A DNA stretch of 64,000 bases, from positions 32,001 to 96,000 of the IMG/VR virus record IMGVR_UViG_3300025131_011243, one strand, 5' to 3'. Each line of letters begins with the position of its first letter. The stretch's first letter is position 1. Source of the stretch: a virus. The position numbers and the translations under genes are program-made. The notes under the pieces are model-generated. The model worked only from the letters and a program-made list of their open reading frames with translations. It did not search any database and was not told the DNA's origin. This document shows positions 47,563-57,922 of this stretch, in pieces.

Positions 47563-48501
47563 TTATTCTCCAGGCATTGAGAACTCAAGTTCATCGATAG
47601 GAATAACTGCCGATGGAGTCATTGGGCCAGCTATTGCTGACTTAGCCTCTTCGTCTTCGTCTACATCTTCCTCATCAGCCTCTTCTTGCTCTGCTCCATC
47701 TCTCATCTCTGCCATTGCATCTTCGAATGATTCGTTTCTGCCTAATTCTTCCAGATCATCCGGCTCATCGGCTATAAAATCTTCTTCTCCCCAATGGGCG
47801 AAGATCTTCTTTTTTCCATCTTCAATTTCAGCCAAAATCTTGATCTCTTGTTCGTTTAGCTCTCTACCGGCGTTAGCAGCTACGGCATAAACATGGAAGA
47901 TCATGGCGTCTGCATCCTTCAAAGATGCCATAACCATCTCAGGGATTTTGTCCTTTTTATTCTGGGCCTTCTCGTTGTCCGCTCTGTCTACAGAAACAGG
48001 ATAAGTCTTATCTAGCCCCTTCATGCGGCTAGGATGGTTATGCAACTGACTACCTTGCTCGGGCACATTTTTGGGCACTCTCGTTCTCTTCTCATCAAGC
48101 TGTTGTCCAACAGAATTACTCTGAAGAGGAGTCTTGTCCTGATCTCCCTTTTGGGCTTTACGGAAAGCTTTAAGCTTTTCTTGGAAGAAAGCTTCGGCCA
48201 AGATATCTAGCGGCTTAGCGTCCACATCCCAGTATTTACTCAAACGCCTTTCGTTATAGCCCTTTTTAGCACTATTCATAGACGCTTCGGTTGTCTCTTC
48301 GTATGTACCGGTTCGAGCTTCTTCAAGCTGACCTTGGTACAGAACGGTATTGTCTTTGTTCTTCCGATTCTTACTCAACATCCAGTCGATGTTGCCAGGA
48401 TCGGTTTCTGTATGCCATCCCCTGTCATCCCGATTGTCTATGAGATTGTTCTCTGGAGACTTAGGGGTATCTTCGGCATGTTTCTTTAGGTTAAAGGTCA
48501 T
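47563..48501 (-). CDS. Hypothetical protein (MTFNLKKHAE)
   Basis: ORF downstream of the terminase. Confidence 0.7.
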   Translation of the reverse strand: MTFNLKKHAEDTPKSPENNLIDNRDDRGWHTETDPGNIDWMLSKNRKNKDNTVLYQGQLEEARTGTYEETTEASMNSAKKGYNERRLSKYWDVDAKPLDILAEAFFQEKLKAFRKAQKGDQDKTPLQSNSVGQQLDEKRTRVPKNVPEQGSQLHNHPSRMKGLDKTYPVSVDRADNEKAQNKKDKIPEMVMASLKDADAMIFHVYAVAANAGRELNEQEIKILAEIEDGKKKIFAHWGEEDFIADEPDDLEELGRNESFEDAMAEMRDGAEQEEADEEDVDEDEEAKSAIAGPMTPSAVIPIDELEFSMPGE

Positions 48502-48531
48502 AGTTAAAGGCTCCCTTATGATTAGCTCTTA

Positions 48532-50472
48532 TTATCTTTGGCTAGGAGGATACAAATTCCTTCTTTCCATCATACGAGTTACTTGTTTTGCTCCGCCCAC
48601 AGCTACGCCAGATCCTATCTGCCACATCTGGTTTCCGCTGCTAGGGACGACGCCAGTTTCCACTATCCTGCCATGAGGTAAACTATGAACAGCACTGGCA
48701 ATAGTATTCCAAACGGCCCCAGCCAAGGCATCGCACAAGTCATCGGTTGTTACGCCATCTTTGTTCTGAGGCGGATAGACCTTGAATCCTGTTGAGTCAT
48801 ACTTGCGTTGCAGATGAAGCATTTCGTTTCTCAACTGCTCACAGGCCCTGTCCGTCCGTGGAATATGAAGACGACCGGAGTTAATCATGTGTTCCAGTTC
48901 TTTATAGATCGTCATCTTGTATTTTCTGGTATACTTCATTTCCTTGGCTCTGAGTCCTGCCTTCCTCATTTTCTGAATACTGGCAGCAGAGTTCATTTGG
49001 TCATAGGTTACTAAACCAAGATAGAACCTTCTCTTCAAACCTATTACATAGTCATCTATCTCTTCAATAGATATTGGCGTGTCATCATCTGGTTGCCAAA
49101 ACTTAACATGATCAACAATAACAACAGGCTCAGCCTTTTTAGTTTCCGGATTGATTGCGTTCTCTCTATGTGTAATAACCAGTGCATAATTATTGCTTGA
49201 TGTAGCGGGGTCAAGGTGAGCAAAATATATCTTACCTGGTTCTCCGATTGTCCTGTTGTTAAGTTCTGGAAACTTGAAGCAAGATTCAACCGAGTCTCTA
49301 TCAAAACAACTTTCACCGGCAGTACCTGAAAACATGGCTCCAAATTCCATCTGGAACTCTTCGTCATTCATTTCTGAATTAGCTTCTAACAGCGAGTATT
49401 TTGTTTGTTGAGTATTAACGTCCCAAGTAGGAAGGCGACACATCAATCTATGCTTGATGTTATGAGCGTTCTCATACATATCCCAGAAAACACCTTCCTT
49501 ACCTCTGGGGGATGAGATGGATAGAATCTTACTGTCGAATATTCGGTTTATCTTTTGATTGCCTTCGTCGTCTAAAATCGGATTTCCGTCTTCGTCGAAC
49601 GCATCAAAGTTACGTCCATACGTATTCAAAGAAGGGGTCAAGGCTGAAAGGATACGCTCACCCGATGACGAGCTTCCGGTACTCTTGTAAGACGCAACTT
49701 CATCAAGAATAAGAACAAAAACACCCTTACCCAACAAGCCGTCAGAGTTACTGTTACCGACTTCGATAACAACTGACCCCTTCTTGGGTGGCAGCCTTTG
49801 TTCATTCATCTGTTTGTTGAATTCTACATCGGAAGGAGTTAGTAGATAAATAGCTCCTTCTTCAACACCTTCGGGGCCTATCTTGTCTTTGAAGTAAGGA
49901 CTGAGCATTAGCTTATCACGAATTTCCTGGAAAGCGATACGAGCCTGATGCCTGGCTGAGGCTACCGTTAGGATACTAATTGGCATACCAGAAGCGATGT
50001 TATACAAAGCGTAAGGGTCTCCGCCCTCGCATTCCAACAGACGCATTGCTTCGTATAGAGCGACAATAGAAATCAGGAAGTCTTTCCCGCTACGACGCCC
50101 CCAACACAAGACAAGCTCTCTAAAGATATCTTCGGAGTTGTATTTCCCCAGGATATCTCCGTTCTCTACCCATTCGTTTTCCTTTGCTTGAAATAGACCC
50201 AAACGTTCGCACATTTCTATCTCTTCAGGATTCAGTTTTAGGGTCTCGTTACCCATCGATCCTCTGTAGAAAACCTTGAGGATCATTTTTTGGACAGGAT
50301 AAAGCAAAACAGGACTTGGTCGATGCGGCAAACCTAAATAAAACGGATCTTCCACAAATGCAATGATATCAGGTATATAGCCTCCGCCTTCGCCTGAAGT
50401 AATCTCATTTTTCAGGTCAGAAAGCAATGAGTTAACAGATTCTATTTCAGCAGACTTCTTCTTGCGGGCCAT
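48532..50472 (-). CDS. terL: Terminase large subunit
   Basis: LYPVQ, GRRSGKD Walker A, VLILDE Walker B, ISSPRG, AHLDPA and DDLCDALAG nuclease motifs. Confidence 0.9.
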   Translation of the reverse strand: MARKKKSAEIESVNSLLSDLKNEITSGEGGGYIPDIIAFVEDPFYLGLPHRPSPVLLYPVQKMILKVFYRGSMGNETLKLNPEEIEMCERLGLFQAKENEWVENGDILGKYNSEDIFRELVLCWGRRSGKDFLISIVALYEAMRLLECEGGDPYALYNIASGMPISILTVASARHQARIAFQEIRDKLMLSPYFKDKIGPEGVEEGAIYLLTPSDVEFNKQMNEQRLPPKKGSVVIEVGNSNSDGLLGKGVFVLILDEVASYKSTGSSSSGERILSALTPSLNTYGRNFDAFDEDGNPILDDEGNQKINRIFDSKILSISSPRGKEGVFWDMYENAHNIKHRLMCRLPTWDVNTQQTKYSLLEANSEMNDEEFQMEFGAMFSGTAGESCFDRDSVESCFKFPELNNRTIGEPGKIYFAHLDPATSSNNYALVITHRENAINPETKKAEPVVIVDHVKFWQPDDDTPISIEEIDDYVIGLKRRFYLGLVTYDQMNSAASIQKMRKAGLRAKEMKYTRKYKMTIYKELEHMINSGRLHIPRTDRACEQLRNEMLHLQRKYDSTGFKVYPPQNKDGVTTDDLCDALAGAVWNTIASAVHSLPHGRIVETGVVPSSGNQMWQIGSGVAVGGAKQVTRMMERRNLYPPSQR

Positions 50473-50530
50473 AAAACAGTCCTTGTCAAAACTTTCGTTA
50501 CAACATATGTGTTCAACAAAAGTTAGAGAA

Positions 50531-50896
50531 CTACTCTATATTTCCAGCATTAATTTCGTATCCTGCCGTCGCAGACAAGGTAGCGAACGTTTGTGGGACC
50601 AATATATTGTTGTCTGAAAGAAAGGCATTCACATCACCATAATGATGAACAACATGAACTTGAAGAGCCTCAATTAGGCTTAACACCGTTTGGGCTTGAA
50701 CGTATTCTCTTGTTATGGTCTGGCCCAATTTCTCAAGCCCTCGATCAAGATTGGTTCTTTCGATATCGGTCGCAGTCAAACTGGACGTAGCGATAGTATT
50801 ACGCATGGCGGTTACTCGACCACCTGCACTGACTGAAGCATCTTCTGCCTCTGCTATCGATGAAACGATCACGCTATATTCGCTGGGACTAATCAT
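50531..50896 (-). CDS. Hypothetical protein
   Basis: ORF with ATGA overlap. Confidence 0.65.
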   Translation of the reverse strand: MISPSEYSVIVSSIAEAEDASVSAGGRVTAMRNTIATSSLTATDIERTNLDRGLEKLGQTITREYVQAQTVLSLIEALQVHVVHHYGDVNAFLSDNNILVPQTFATLSATAGYEINAGNIE

Positions 50897-52659
50897 GTAT
50901 ACACAATATCGCTTAATGAGGTATAGTCATACCAAATCCCGCTCGCATCTCTTTGACGATAACGAACATAATATTCTTGACCCCTTACTAGATACTCATC
51001 ATCCTGACTTATGTATCTTACTCTTTTGCCAACAAAACCAGACTGCACCCCACCTGCTGGCATGTCGATAAACTCGTCGTCGTCTTCCTCTACCATCCAC
51101 CCTTCTTGCGACGAAAGGTTATTTACAGTGACAGTAATATCCGAAAAGTCCGATTCGGTGGAAATATCAATCTGGAAATGGTAGTTCGTAAACGCAACTG
51201 CTTCGTCCGTGATCGTAAACTCAAAATCCCAGAACCCTTCGTCCAAGACATTAGCAGATGAGATGTTGGAAAAAGCTTCATTCAGATTTTTCAGCAGAAC
51301 GCTAACTTTGAATTCACGATCTGTCAAATATTCATCCAACGTCTTAAATAGACTTGTGATACTTTCTGTCTTGAAGAAATTGACAGGGAATCTGAAAAAA
51401 GCCCCAGCAAATGGGTTGAACAATGCAGTTATTCTTTCCGAATTATTGTGACCAATCAAATCATTGACTCTTGACATCATATCAACTGCCGTGGCAACAT
51501 CTGTTGAAGAAACAACCGTATTCCTCACATTTGATATGGCATCAGATCTTACATTCATATATGCTACAGAACGTGCAAAGTCTCCAGATATCAACCTCCA
51601 CATTTCGTCTTCGCCTATCTTTGTTTCATCTTCAGCAACTGCATCAGGTTTTGGGAAGTCGAACGTTACCAACGGATCCCCGAAGAACGCTAGTGTCCAA
51701 TCAACGTGAGGAACGCTGAATATATACGCCTCGCCAATTGTCGCTCCTCTTCGCAAAGCTTCAAAGAAAGGTTTAGGTCTAAGAAACCCGTCTATCGTTG
51801 GATCAGACATAGCTCCAGCCAACCCACTGTATCCGGCAGATATAGCCAACGGAACCCATCGTCCTTCTGTTGTGGATCTAACCAAACCGGCAGCGTCATA
51901 ATCTGCATTATAGAAAAACGCACGCTTCGTATTGGTTACCCTAAAGAACGAAGAAGTAGTTCTGTCAGTAAACCACGACCACACAAACGAATCTCCCTCA
52001 ACCGAAGGAAGGACGGAATCAAAGTATGGATCTATAAATTGGGTTGTAAAGACATCAAGATTAAGACTGCCAAGAGTTGAGTTTAGGAATCCCACCAGAT
52101 CATCAGTATATCTATCCGCATCAGGCCCTGCTCGATCAGAGTATGGATCAATGTAGAATTTTCCGTTGACGATAACCTGTTTAGAAAGTTTATCTCCTTG
52201 ATTCATCATGTTGACTACGGCGGCACTATTGGGGCCATCCATTCTTGCTGTAATCAAGCCAAAGTCAGCATCATCTCCGTCGTATCTGGCGAAGATCTGT
52301 CGGTTATACAAATAGTTTTCTGTTTTCTTGGAGAACGTGTGGTTAATTCTAGAGATTCGAGAGGAAGCAGATATGATGTCTGTCCCCTCCATAAACCCGC
52401 CAGGTACGGTGAAACCCAGAATAATAACCCAAATAGTTCTGTTTGAAAGCGGGGCAGTAGCTAGAGCGGTCTTCAGAGGCGTCAGAACTTGGGTATTAAA
52501 TTCATCCTCATCGTTCAGTATATCTACATCAGAACAAGGGACGCCTACTAGCTGCTCGTCAGCTAAGCCATGAATTGTTTGGTATCTATTGGCAATATCC
52601 AGACTAGCACCATCGCCAGACCGGTAAACAAAGACTACATTTTCACTTGATAACGCCAT
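50893..52659 (-). CDS. TIGR03790-like protein
   Basis: NVVFVY...S..IANRY, ARMDGP, GATIGEAY..S.P..W....GDPL. Confidence 0.7.
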   Translation of the reverse strand: MALSSENVVFVYRSGDGASLDIANRYQTIHGLADEQLVGVPCSDVDILNDEDEFNTQVLTPLKTALATAPLSNRTIWVIILGFTVPGGFMEGTDIISASSRISRINHTFSKKTENYLYNRQIFARYDGDDADFGLITARMDGPNSAAVVNMMNQGDKLSKQVIVNGKFYIDPYSDRAGPDADRYTDDLVGFLNSTLGSLNLDVFTTQFIDPYFDSVLPSVEGDSFVWSWFTDRTTSSFFRVTNTKRAFFYNADYDAAGLVRSTTEGRWVPLAISAGYSGLAGAMSDPTIDGFLRPKPFFEALRRGATIGEAYIFSVPHVDWTLAFFGDPLVTFDFPKPDAVAEDETKIGEDEMWRLISGDFARSVAYMNVRSDAISNVRNTVVSSTDVATAVDMMSRVNDLIGHNNSERITALFNPFAGAFFRFPVNFFKTESITSLFKTLDEYLTDREFKVSVLLKNLNEAFSNISSANVLDEGFWDFEFTITDEAVAFTNYHFQIDISTESDFSDITVTVNNLSSQEGWMVEEDDDEFIDMPAGGVQSGFVGKRVRYISQDDEYLVRGQEYYVRYRQRDASGIWYDYTSLSDIVYT

Positions 52660-52702
52660 CCCTTTACATTATCGTCAGATGGCGTTTTTACCTTCCCGAA
52701 AG

Positions 52703-53206
52703 TCAGGTTCCGGTAGATCCCAAACCAGCCTCGCCTCGCTGGGAATCTTCCAGTTCACTAACAACCATGATATTGAAATGCTCGGTTTTCCTCATAAGGA
52801 TTTGACCGCACCTGTCGCCAGATTTGTATAAATCATACTTGAACTTCATCCATGAACAATCGACATCAGTAAGATACTTGTCGGGCATGAATCCCAAAAA
52901 GTCTATTAGCTGGTATCGAAAAAGGATATCGCCCCTATATCCTTCGTCAACCAATCCTATGGAATTGCACAGCAACAAATCCTTCTTGGAATTGCTTGAC
53001 CTTGGCATGATTTCAGTATGGTATCCAGGTGGCGGCTCTATTGCCCACCCAGTGCTATACTCTATGTAAAGAAGTTTTCCATTTACAAATTTGAACTTAC
53101 CATCATCGATAGCATACATATCGTACGCTGCATCTTCTCCGGGATGTCCTTGGGTTGGTGCAATCGCTCTTCCATCAAGCATCTTCATCTTCAAAACAGG
53201 CTTCAT
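52703..53206 (-). CDS. dut: Trimeric dUTPase
   Basis: AAYDM, PRSS, GLVDEGYRG, GDRCGQ, RGEAGLGSTG. Confidence 0.92.
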   Translation of the reverse strand: MKPVLKMKMLDGRAIAPTQGHPGEDAAYDMYAIDDGKFKFVNGKLLYIEYSTGWAIEPPPGYHTEIMPRSSNSKKDLLLCNSIGLVDEGYRGDILFRYQLIDFLGFMPDKYLTDVDCSWMKFKYDLYKSGDRCGQILMRKTEHFNIMVVSELEDSQRGEAGLGSTGT

Positions 53207-53227
53207 CTTTCTCTCCTTCGAATTGTA

Positions 53228-56200
53228 TTAGAGACATTTGCTCCAGCCGCAGGATTTACAAGTAGAGCAACCTTGGTTTCTTTCTAAAGCTCCACCGCAA
53301 GTTGGACATTCCTCTCCCGTCACCGAAGTTCCATCTTCAACGTACTTTTTCAAAACTCTTGCCAAAGCTTTGGCTGGCGACTGAAGGTCACCTCTTGTCT
53401 TCTCAAGTTGATGGACAACAAACGCCACGTCAGCACCGTGCCTAAGGCTTGTCGATATCATCCTTGTCAGCGATTCTTCTTCTTCAGTACAGAATTCGCC
53501 TACGTTTTCTACTTCAACTTCGGTATCATGGTCACGGAATATACCTCGATACTTACCTCTACCTACTCTAGACATCTTTCCTTGAAGAATGGCGTTCCTT
53601 TTATGGAACCCGTTCTTACCAATAAAGATTTCGTATGGATCGGAACCAAGTAATCCGACAACGATCAAATACAATTGTCCGGTCACTCTGGTAAAATGAA
53701 GTTCTGCGTCAAGATCTTCAGGTCGTTTGGGAGCAACAGTCTTCGTAATGTGGTTTCCATTTCTTTCGTCTTCTTTTTTGTCTTCAACCAACACGCCAGT
53801 ACGACAATTCTTACGATACACAGTAATGCCTTTGCATCCTTGTTTCCATGCAGTCTCATAAATCTCGGCTACTTGTTCAACCTCAACGTCTTCGGGAAGA
53901 TTGATCGTACTACTAATGGAATGATCAACATGTCTAGTAGCGGTTGCTTGCAGATGGACCCTTTGTTTCCAATTTATATCTTCGGCGCAATGCCCAAACC
54001 ATGGGGATTCTTCTACATTGTCTTTGCCGGTGACTTCCATCCATTTCTGTATTTGCGGATGGTAAACCGTAAACTCTTCCCAACAATCTCCGTTAGGATC
54101 AGTGAAGTCAACTCTCACGTTTTCATCATTGGGGTTGATCTTCTTGCGCCTCTTGTATCCGATCATGAACAGAGGCTCAATGCCAGAAGTTGTTCTTGTA
54201 AGAATACTAACGCTTCCTGCCGGGGCGGTTGTTAGGATAGCGATATTGCGACGACCGTATCGCTTCATATCTTCGTACAGTTTGGGATCTTCGTCCTTAA
54301 TTCGGCGAAGGAAAGGATTGCTCTTTTCAAACTCATGGTCCCAGATTGGGAAAGGTCCCAACTCTTTAGCCATATCAACAGAACTTCTATAGCACCCTAG
54401 TTTCAAAGTGCGATAAATTTCGTCTACGACTTCAATACACTTCTTGCTACCATAGGCATATCCCATAGCCGCAATTGTATCGCCAAGCCCAGTAATGCCT
54501 GTTCCCGTTCTTCGTCCCTGCTCGCACTTCGTACGTATGCCTTCCCATAATTCCAGTTCTCTCTGTCTGACATGAGCAGGTTCAGGATCGTTTTTGATCT
54601 TGGATATGATGCTGTTAACTTTCTCCAATTCGAGATCAACCATATCGTCCATAAGACGTTGGATAATCTGAGCATGTTTGGAAAATAACTCAAAATCAAA
54701 GTAAGCTTTTCTTGTAAACGGATGAACAACATAGTTCAACAGGTTAAACAACATCAAACGACAAGAGTCATTGGCACACAATGTTAATTCGCTGCACGGA
54801 TTTGTGCTGATTGTCATGAAACCAAAATCAGCGTAACAATCGGCTGGGGACTCTCGCAGGATATTGTCCCAGAACAATAAACCTGGCTCAGCCATAGCGT
54901 GAGCGTTTTCAACAATCTTCATCCAAACTTCTTTTGCATTTACTTTCTGAACGATGGTTGGTTTTTCTGCATCGATTGGCCATCTCTGTTCATATTCTTG
55001 GTCATTTTCAACAGCTTTCAAAAACTCGTCCGACAAACGTACTGAGATATTAGCTCCCGTTACTCTTTGAAGGTCTTTCTTAACATTTGCAAAATCCAGA
55101 ATTTCAGGATGATGCACAGATAGAGTCACCATCAAAGCGCCACGACGACCCGCTTGCCCAACTTCACGTATGGAGTTGGAATACCTTTCCAAGAAGGGGA
55201 TAATGCCTGTCGAGGTTCTGGCTGCGTTGCGAGTAGCTGAGCCACTGGGGCGTAAATGAGAGATGTCCATCCCGGTTCCACCACGACGCTTGGATATTTG
55301 TACAAGATGCTCGTCTGCTCTTGCAATATCTCCATAGCTGTCTAAAGGAGAGTCAACAACGTAGCAGTTCAGGCTGACAAGGCCCTCTACAGGGTATGAA
55401 TGATGGTTCTCTACCCCAATAGTGTATACATATTTAGGAGAAGATGTATTTAGAGTCTTAGAATCTATGCGAACAAACTTCCGTCCTCCTATGTCTTTTA
55501 CATGCCATTCTACCTCTTCTTTCTCGGATAGCGAATGTATCCTGTTGTCGTCGTAATGTTTTAGACTAGAAGATATAAAACTAGAGCATTTTGGGAAATC
55601 CAGACGAGCATAATAATTCTTCGCCAACTCAACATTAACACTTCTAGTTATGCCAATTGGTATATTGAAACTACGAAGAAGATGGTAGAAAGATTCAACC
55701 AATCCATGATTAGAAAGAACCACTCTCAAATCGCCATCTTTTGTTATAGTCCCATCAGAGTCTATCAAGCCTTGTGTAAGTGCGAGTACGAGTTCCTTGC
55801 TCCAGGTGAACATAGTATCATATATTTTTTTACCTTCCGATTTTCTTCCGAACAATTTTTCAAAAGCCATACCGATTAACGTGGAATGATAGACTATTTG
55901 CACGGTCCCATCTATGTGCTCGTTGTTATTGACATCCGGTTTAATGCCGAATATCTTTTCACCATACGTTGTTACATAGTCGATGATTTCTTTTTCATCT
56001 GATCCAAATGTAAAAGTTATACCTCTCACTTTGGGTTCTGTAGTATGTTTTCTATTTCGCAGACCCTTAGCACCGTAATTATCAAAAACGCAACCGTCGC
56101 CATACCAGAGGCCGACAAAATAAGCAAAATGTTCATCTACTGTCCAAACAGACTTTACCGCTTGATGGGATCTTGTTAACAATTTCGTAGTTTGTTTAGT

Positions 56201-57040
56201 TCGATATTGAGTGGCAAGTTGAATAGACGAATCGTCTCTACTAACTGTATAAATATGCTCTCCCCTTTGGTGCATATCTTCTGGAAAAAGTTCATTCAGA
56301 TCAATACTGGGGGTTTCGTTATCCCAGTCAGAGTCATGATCGGGTATGGCGATATAATCACCTTCTCGGAGATATTCAACAGAATTCCACTGAGGTTCTT
56401 CTTCCCATTTTTCTTGTTCACTGGATAGGGATAGGAATTTATGATTATCCGTAACTGTTACGTTAGGAGTACGAAAGCATTTCAAATCAAACATACGCCT
56501 GTTTCCGAGCAAGTTCTTATGCACTTGGGAAACCAACTCAAATGTACCATTGTGAGTAACAACCCTATCCCCCACACATACACCTTCTATGTTCTTAACA
56601 CCATTGTCAGTCAAAACTCTCGTTCCTGGAGAAAAGCAATTGGATAGGGTAATAAATTGATGATTATTCCCAATCCCATACATCGGACTGCCTTGGGGAA
56701 CGACGTATTTGAAATGATCTAGATAGTTGAATATATCTTGAGCGGAAAGGGGTTCTTTGAACTTACCGGCCTCGATACGGGCGAATTCGTTGGCCAGACG
56801 CCAATGCATCTGATCGGGAGTTTCTTCTAGAAGATTCTTTTCATTGTCTCTGAGAGCGTACTTGTCAAGGAATACTTTTGCGGCTAAATCGTCGCCGTCA
56901 AAGTAGTCCGTGCATTTCTCTAATGATTGATCGTAGTCGTAAAATACGGATTCGGAAACTGGTTTCTCGCCATTATCTTCCTGTTCTTTGGTTTTCTCTA
57001 TCGTTACTGATTCAGGGGGCATCCCTTTCTCCTCTCCCAA
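53228..57040 (-). CDS. nrdJ: Class II (B12-dependent) ribonucleotide reductase with intein
   Basis: PQGSP, SNC, GRRGALM, TNPCSE, APAGS, SSTINLP, KGITVYR, C-terminal TSCPD-like domain and zinc ribbon. Confidence 0.92.
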   Translation of the reverse strand: MGEEKGMPPESVTIEKTKEQEDNGEKPVSESVFYDYDQSLEKCTDYFDGDDLAAKVFLDKYALRDNEKNLLEETPDQMHWRLANEFARIEAGKFKEPLSAQDIFNYLDHFKYVVPQGSPMYGIGNNHQFITLSNCFSPGTRVLTDNGVKNIEGVCVGDRVVTHNGTFELVSQVHKNLLGNRRMFDLKCFRTPNVTVTDNHKFLSLSSEQEKWEEEPQWNSVEYLREGDYIAIPDHDSDWDNETPSIDLNELFPEDMHQRGEHIYTVSRDDSSIQLATQYRTKQTTKLLTRSHQAVKSVWTVDEHFAYFVGLWYGDGCVFDNYGAKGLRNRKHTTEPKVRGITFTFGSDEKEIIDYVTTYGEKIFGIKPDVNNNEHIDGTVQIVYHSTLIGMAFEKLFGRKSEGKKIYDTMFTWSKELVLALTQGLIDSDGTITKDGDLRVVLSNHGLVESFYHLLRSFNIPIGITRSVNVELAKNYYARLDFPKCSSFISSSLKHYDDNRIHSLSEKEEVEWHVKDIGGRKFVRIDSKTLNTSSPKYVYTIGVENHHSYPVEGLVSLNCYVVDSPLDSYGDIARADEHLVQISKRRGGTGMDISHLRPSGSATRNAARTSTGIIPFLERYSNSIREVGQAGRRGALMVTLSVHHPEILDFANVKKDLQRVTGANISVRLSDEFLKAVENDQEYEQRWPIDAEKPTIVQKVNAKEVWMKIVENAHAMAEPGLLFWDNILRESPADCYADFGFMTISTNPCSELTLCANDSCRLMLFNLLNYVVHPFTRKAYFDFELFSKHAQIIQRLMDDMVDLELEKVNSIISKIKNDPEPAHVRQRELELWEGIRTKCEQGRRTGTGITGLGDTIAAMGYAYGSKKCIEVVDEIYRTLKLGCYRSSVDMAKELGPFPIWDHEFEKSNPFLRRIKDEDPKLYEDMKRYGRRNIAILTTAPAGSVSILTRTTSGIEPLFMIGYKRRKKINPNDENVRVDFTDPNGDCWEEFTVYHPQIQKWMEVTGKDNVEESPWFGHCAEDINWKQRVHLQATATRHVDHSISSTINLPEDVEVEQVAEIYETAWKQGCKGITVYRKNCRTGVLVEDKKEDERNGNHITKTVAPKRPEDLDAELHFTRVTGQLYLIVVGLLGSDPYEIFIGKNGFHKRNAILQGKMSRVGRGKYRGIFRDHDTEVEVENVGEFCTEEEESLTRMISTSLRHGADVAFVVHQLEKTRGDLQSPAKALARVLKKYVEDGTSVTGEECPTCGGALERNQGCSTCKSCGWSKCL
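55367..56638 (-). mobile_element. Intein with LAGLIDADG endonuclease (424 aa)
   Basis: N|CFSPGTRVLT...VTDNHKF...VGLWYGDG...QGLIDSDG...VYTIGV...SLN|C. Confidence 0.92.
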
Positions 57041-57202
57041 TGAATTGCCTAAAGACTATCGGTTAAGCTTACTCACATTACTTAGGCAATCACATCTTCC
57101 TCCTGCCTTAAATCGGGAAAACATTTCTTGTCTTGTAAGATGTTGGTCAGCATCAATTTCGCATCAATTCCGCATAAGAATATTCTTGCCAATCCGAAGC
57201 GA

Positions 57203-57922
57203 TTACTTGCTTCTGTTGACAATTTTCTTATGCAACATCGCACGAGGATAGGCTTTCTCGCCTCCTATTTCGTCCAATGCTTCTTCTAAAGTATAACAAT
57301 CATCGAACACTTTGCTGGGAGAGCAATTGATGATTTTCTTTTCTTCTGAGAACGTCTTGATCCATTTTAGTCCCTTGCCGCAATTTCTTAAGGTGTGTGG
57401 GTAGTGGAAATGATTTACGCCATAGAAGTCGGTTTTACCTTCTCTGTAACAACAATCCATGCCTACCAAAACGATGGGATTGCAACCCATTTTGTAAGCT
57501 AGTTGAAAGGCCAGAGGCCCGGTTGACCCCCGGCCATGCAAAACGGCTGGATGAGTAGGAATCTTATAGTCGCCAACTGTTAATCTATAATGATAGAAAC
57601 GACCTTGGGTCTCTGCGTTTTCACGACAAAACTTAATAGCTTTGGTTCGTACGATATGTTTTTTCTCAGTAATCCAAGTCTGTATATCCTGCCACATGAG
57701 TATGGTAGGATCTATTCGCATAAAAGCCCGGTTCATCCCTATAGTAAAATGGTCCCCCAAAAGACTGACATCAACGTCGTCTAATGAGGGACCATTCCCG
57801 ATCAAAAAGCATGGCACGTCGGTGAAAACGCCATTCCAACGTTTTGCACCCCAGTGATTCCCATACTTGTATGCTCTAACCCTTTTCTTGATCATCAGCG
57901 AGTTATCCAGCCGCCAACGCAA
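57203..57922 (-). CDS. DUF115/Maf-like glycosyltransferase-related protein
   Basis: CFLIGNGPSL, IGMN, GCNPIVLVGMD, IINCS. Confidence 0.7.
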   Translation of the reverse strand: MRWRLDNSLMIKKRVRAYKYGNHWGAKRWNGVFTDVPCFLIGNGPSLDDVDVSLLGDHFTIGMNRAFMRIDPTILMWQDIQTWITEKKHIVRTKAIKFCRENAETQGRFYHYRLTVGDYKIPTHPAVLHGRGSTGPLAFQLAYKMGCNPIVLVGMDCCYREGKTDFYGVNHFHYPHTLRNCGKGLKWIKTFSEEKKIINCSPSKVFDDCYTLEEALDEIGGEKAYPRAMLHKKIVNRSK

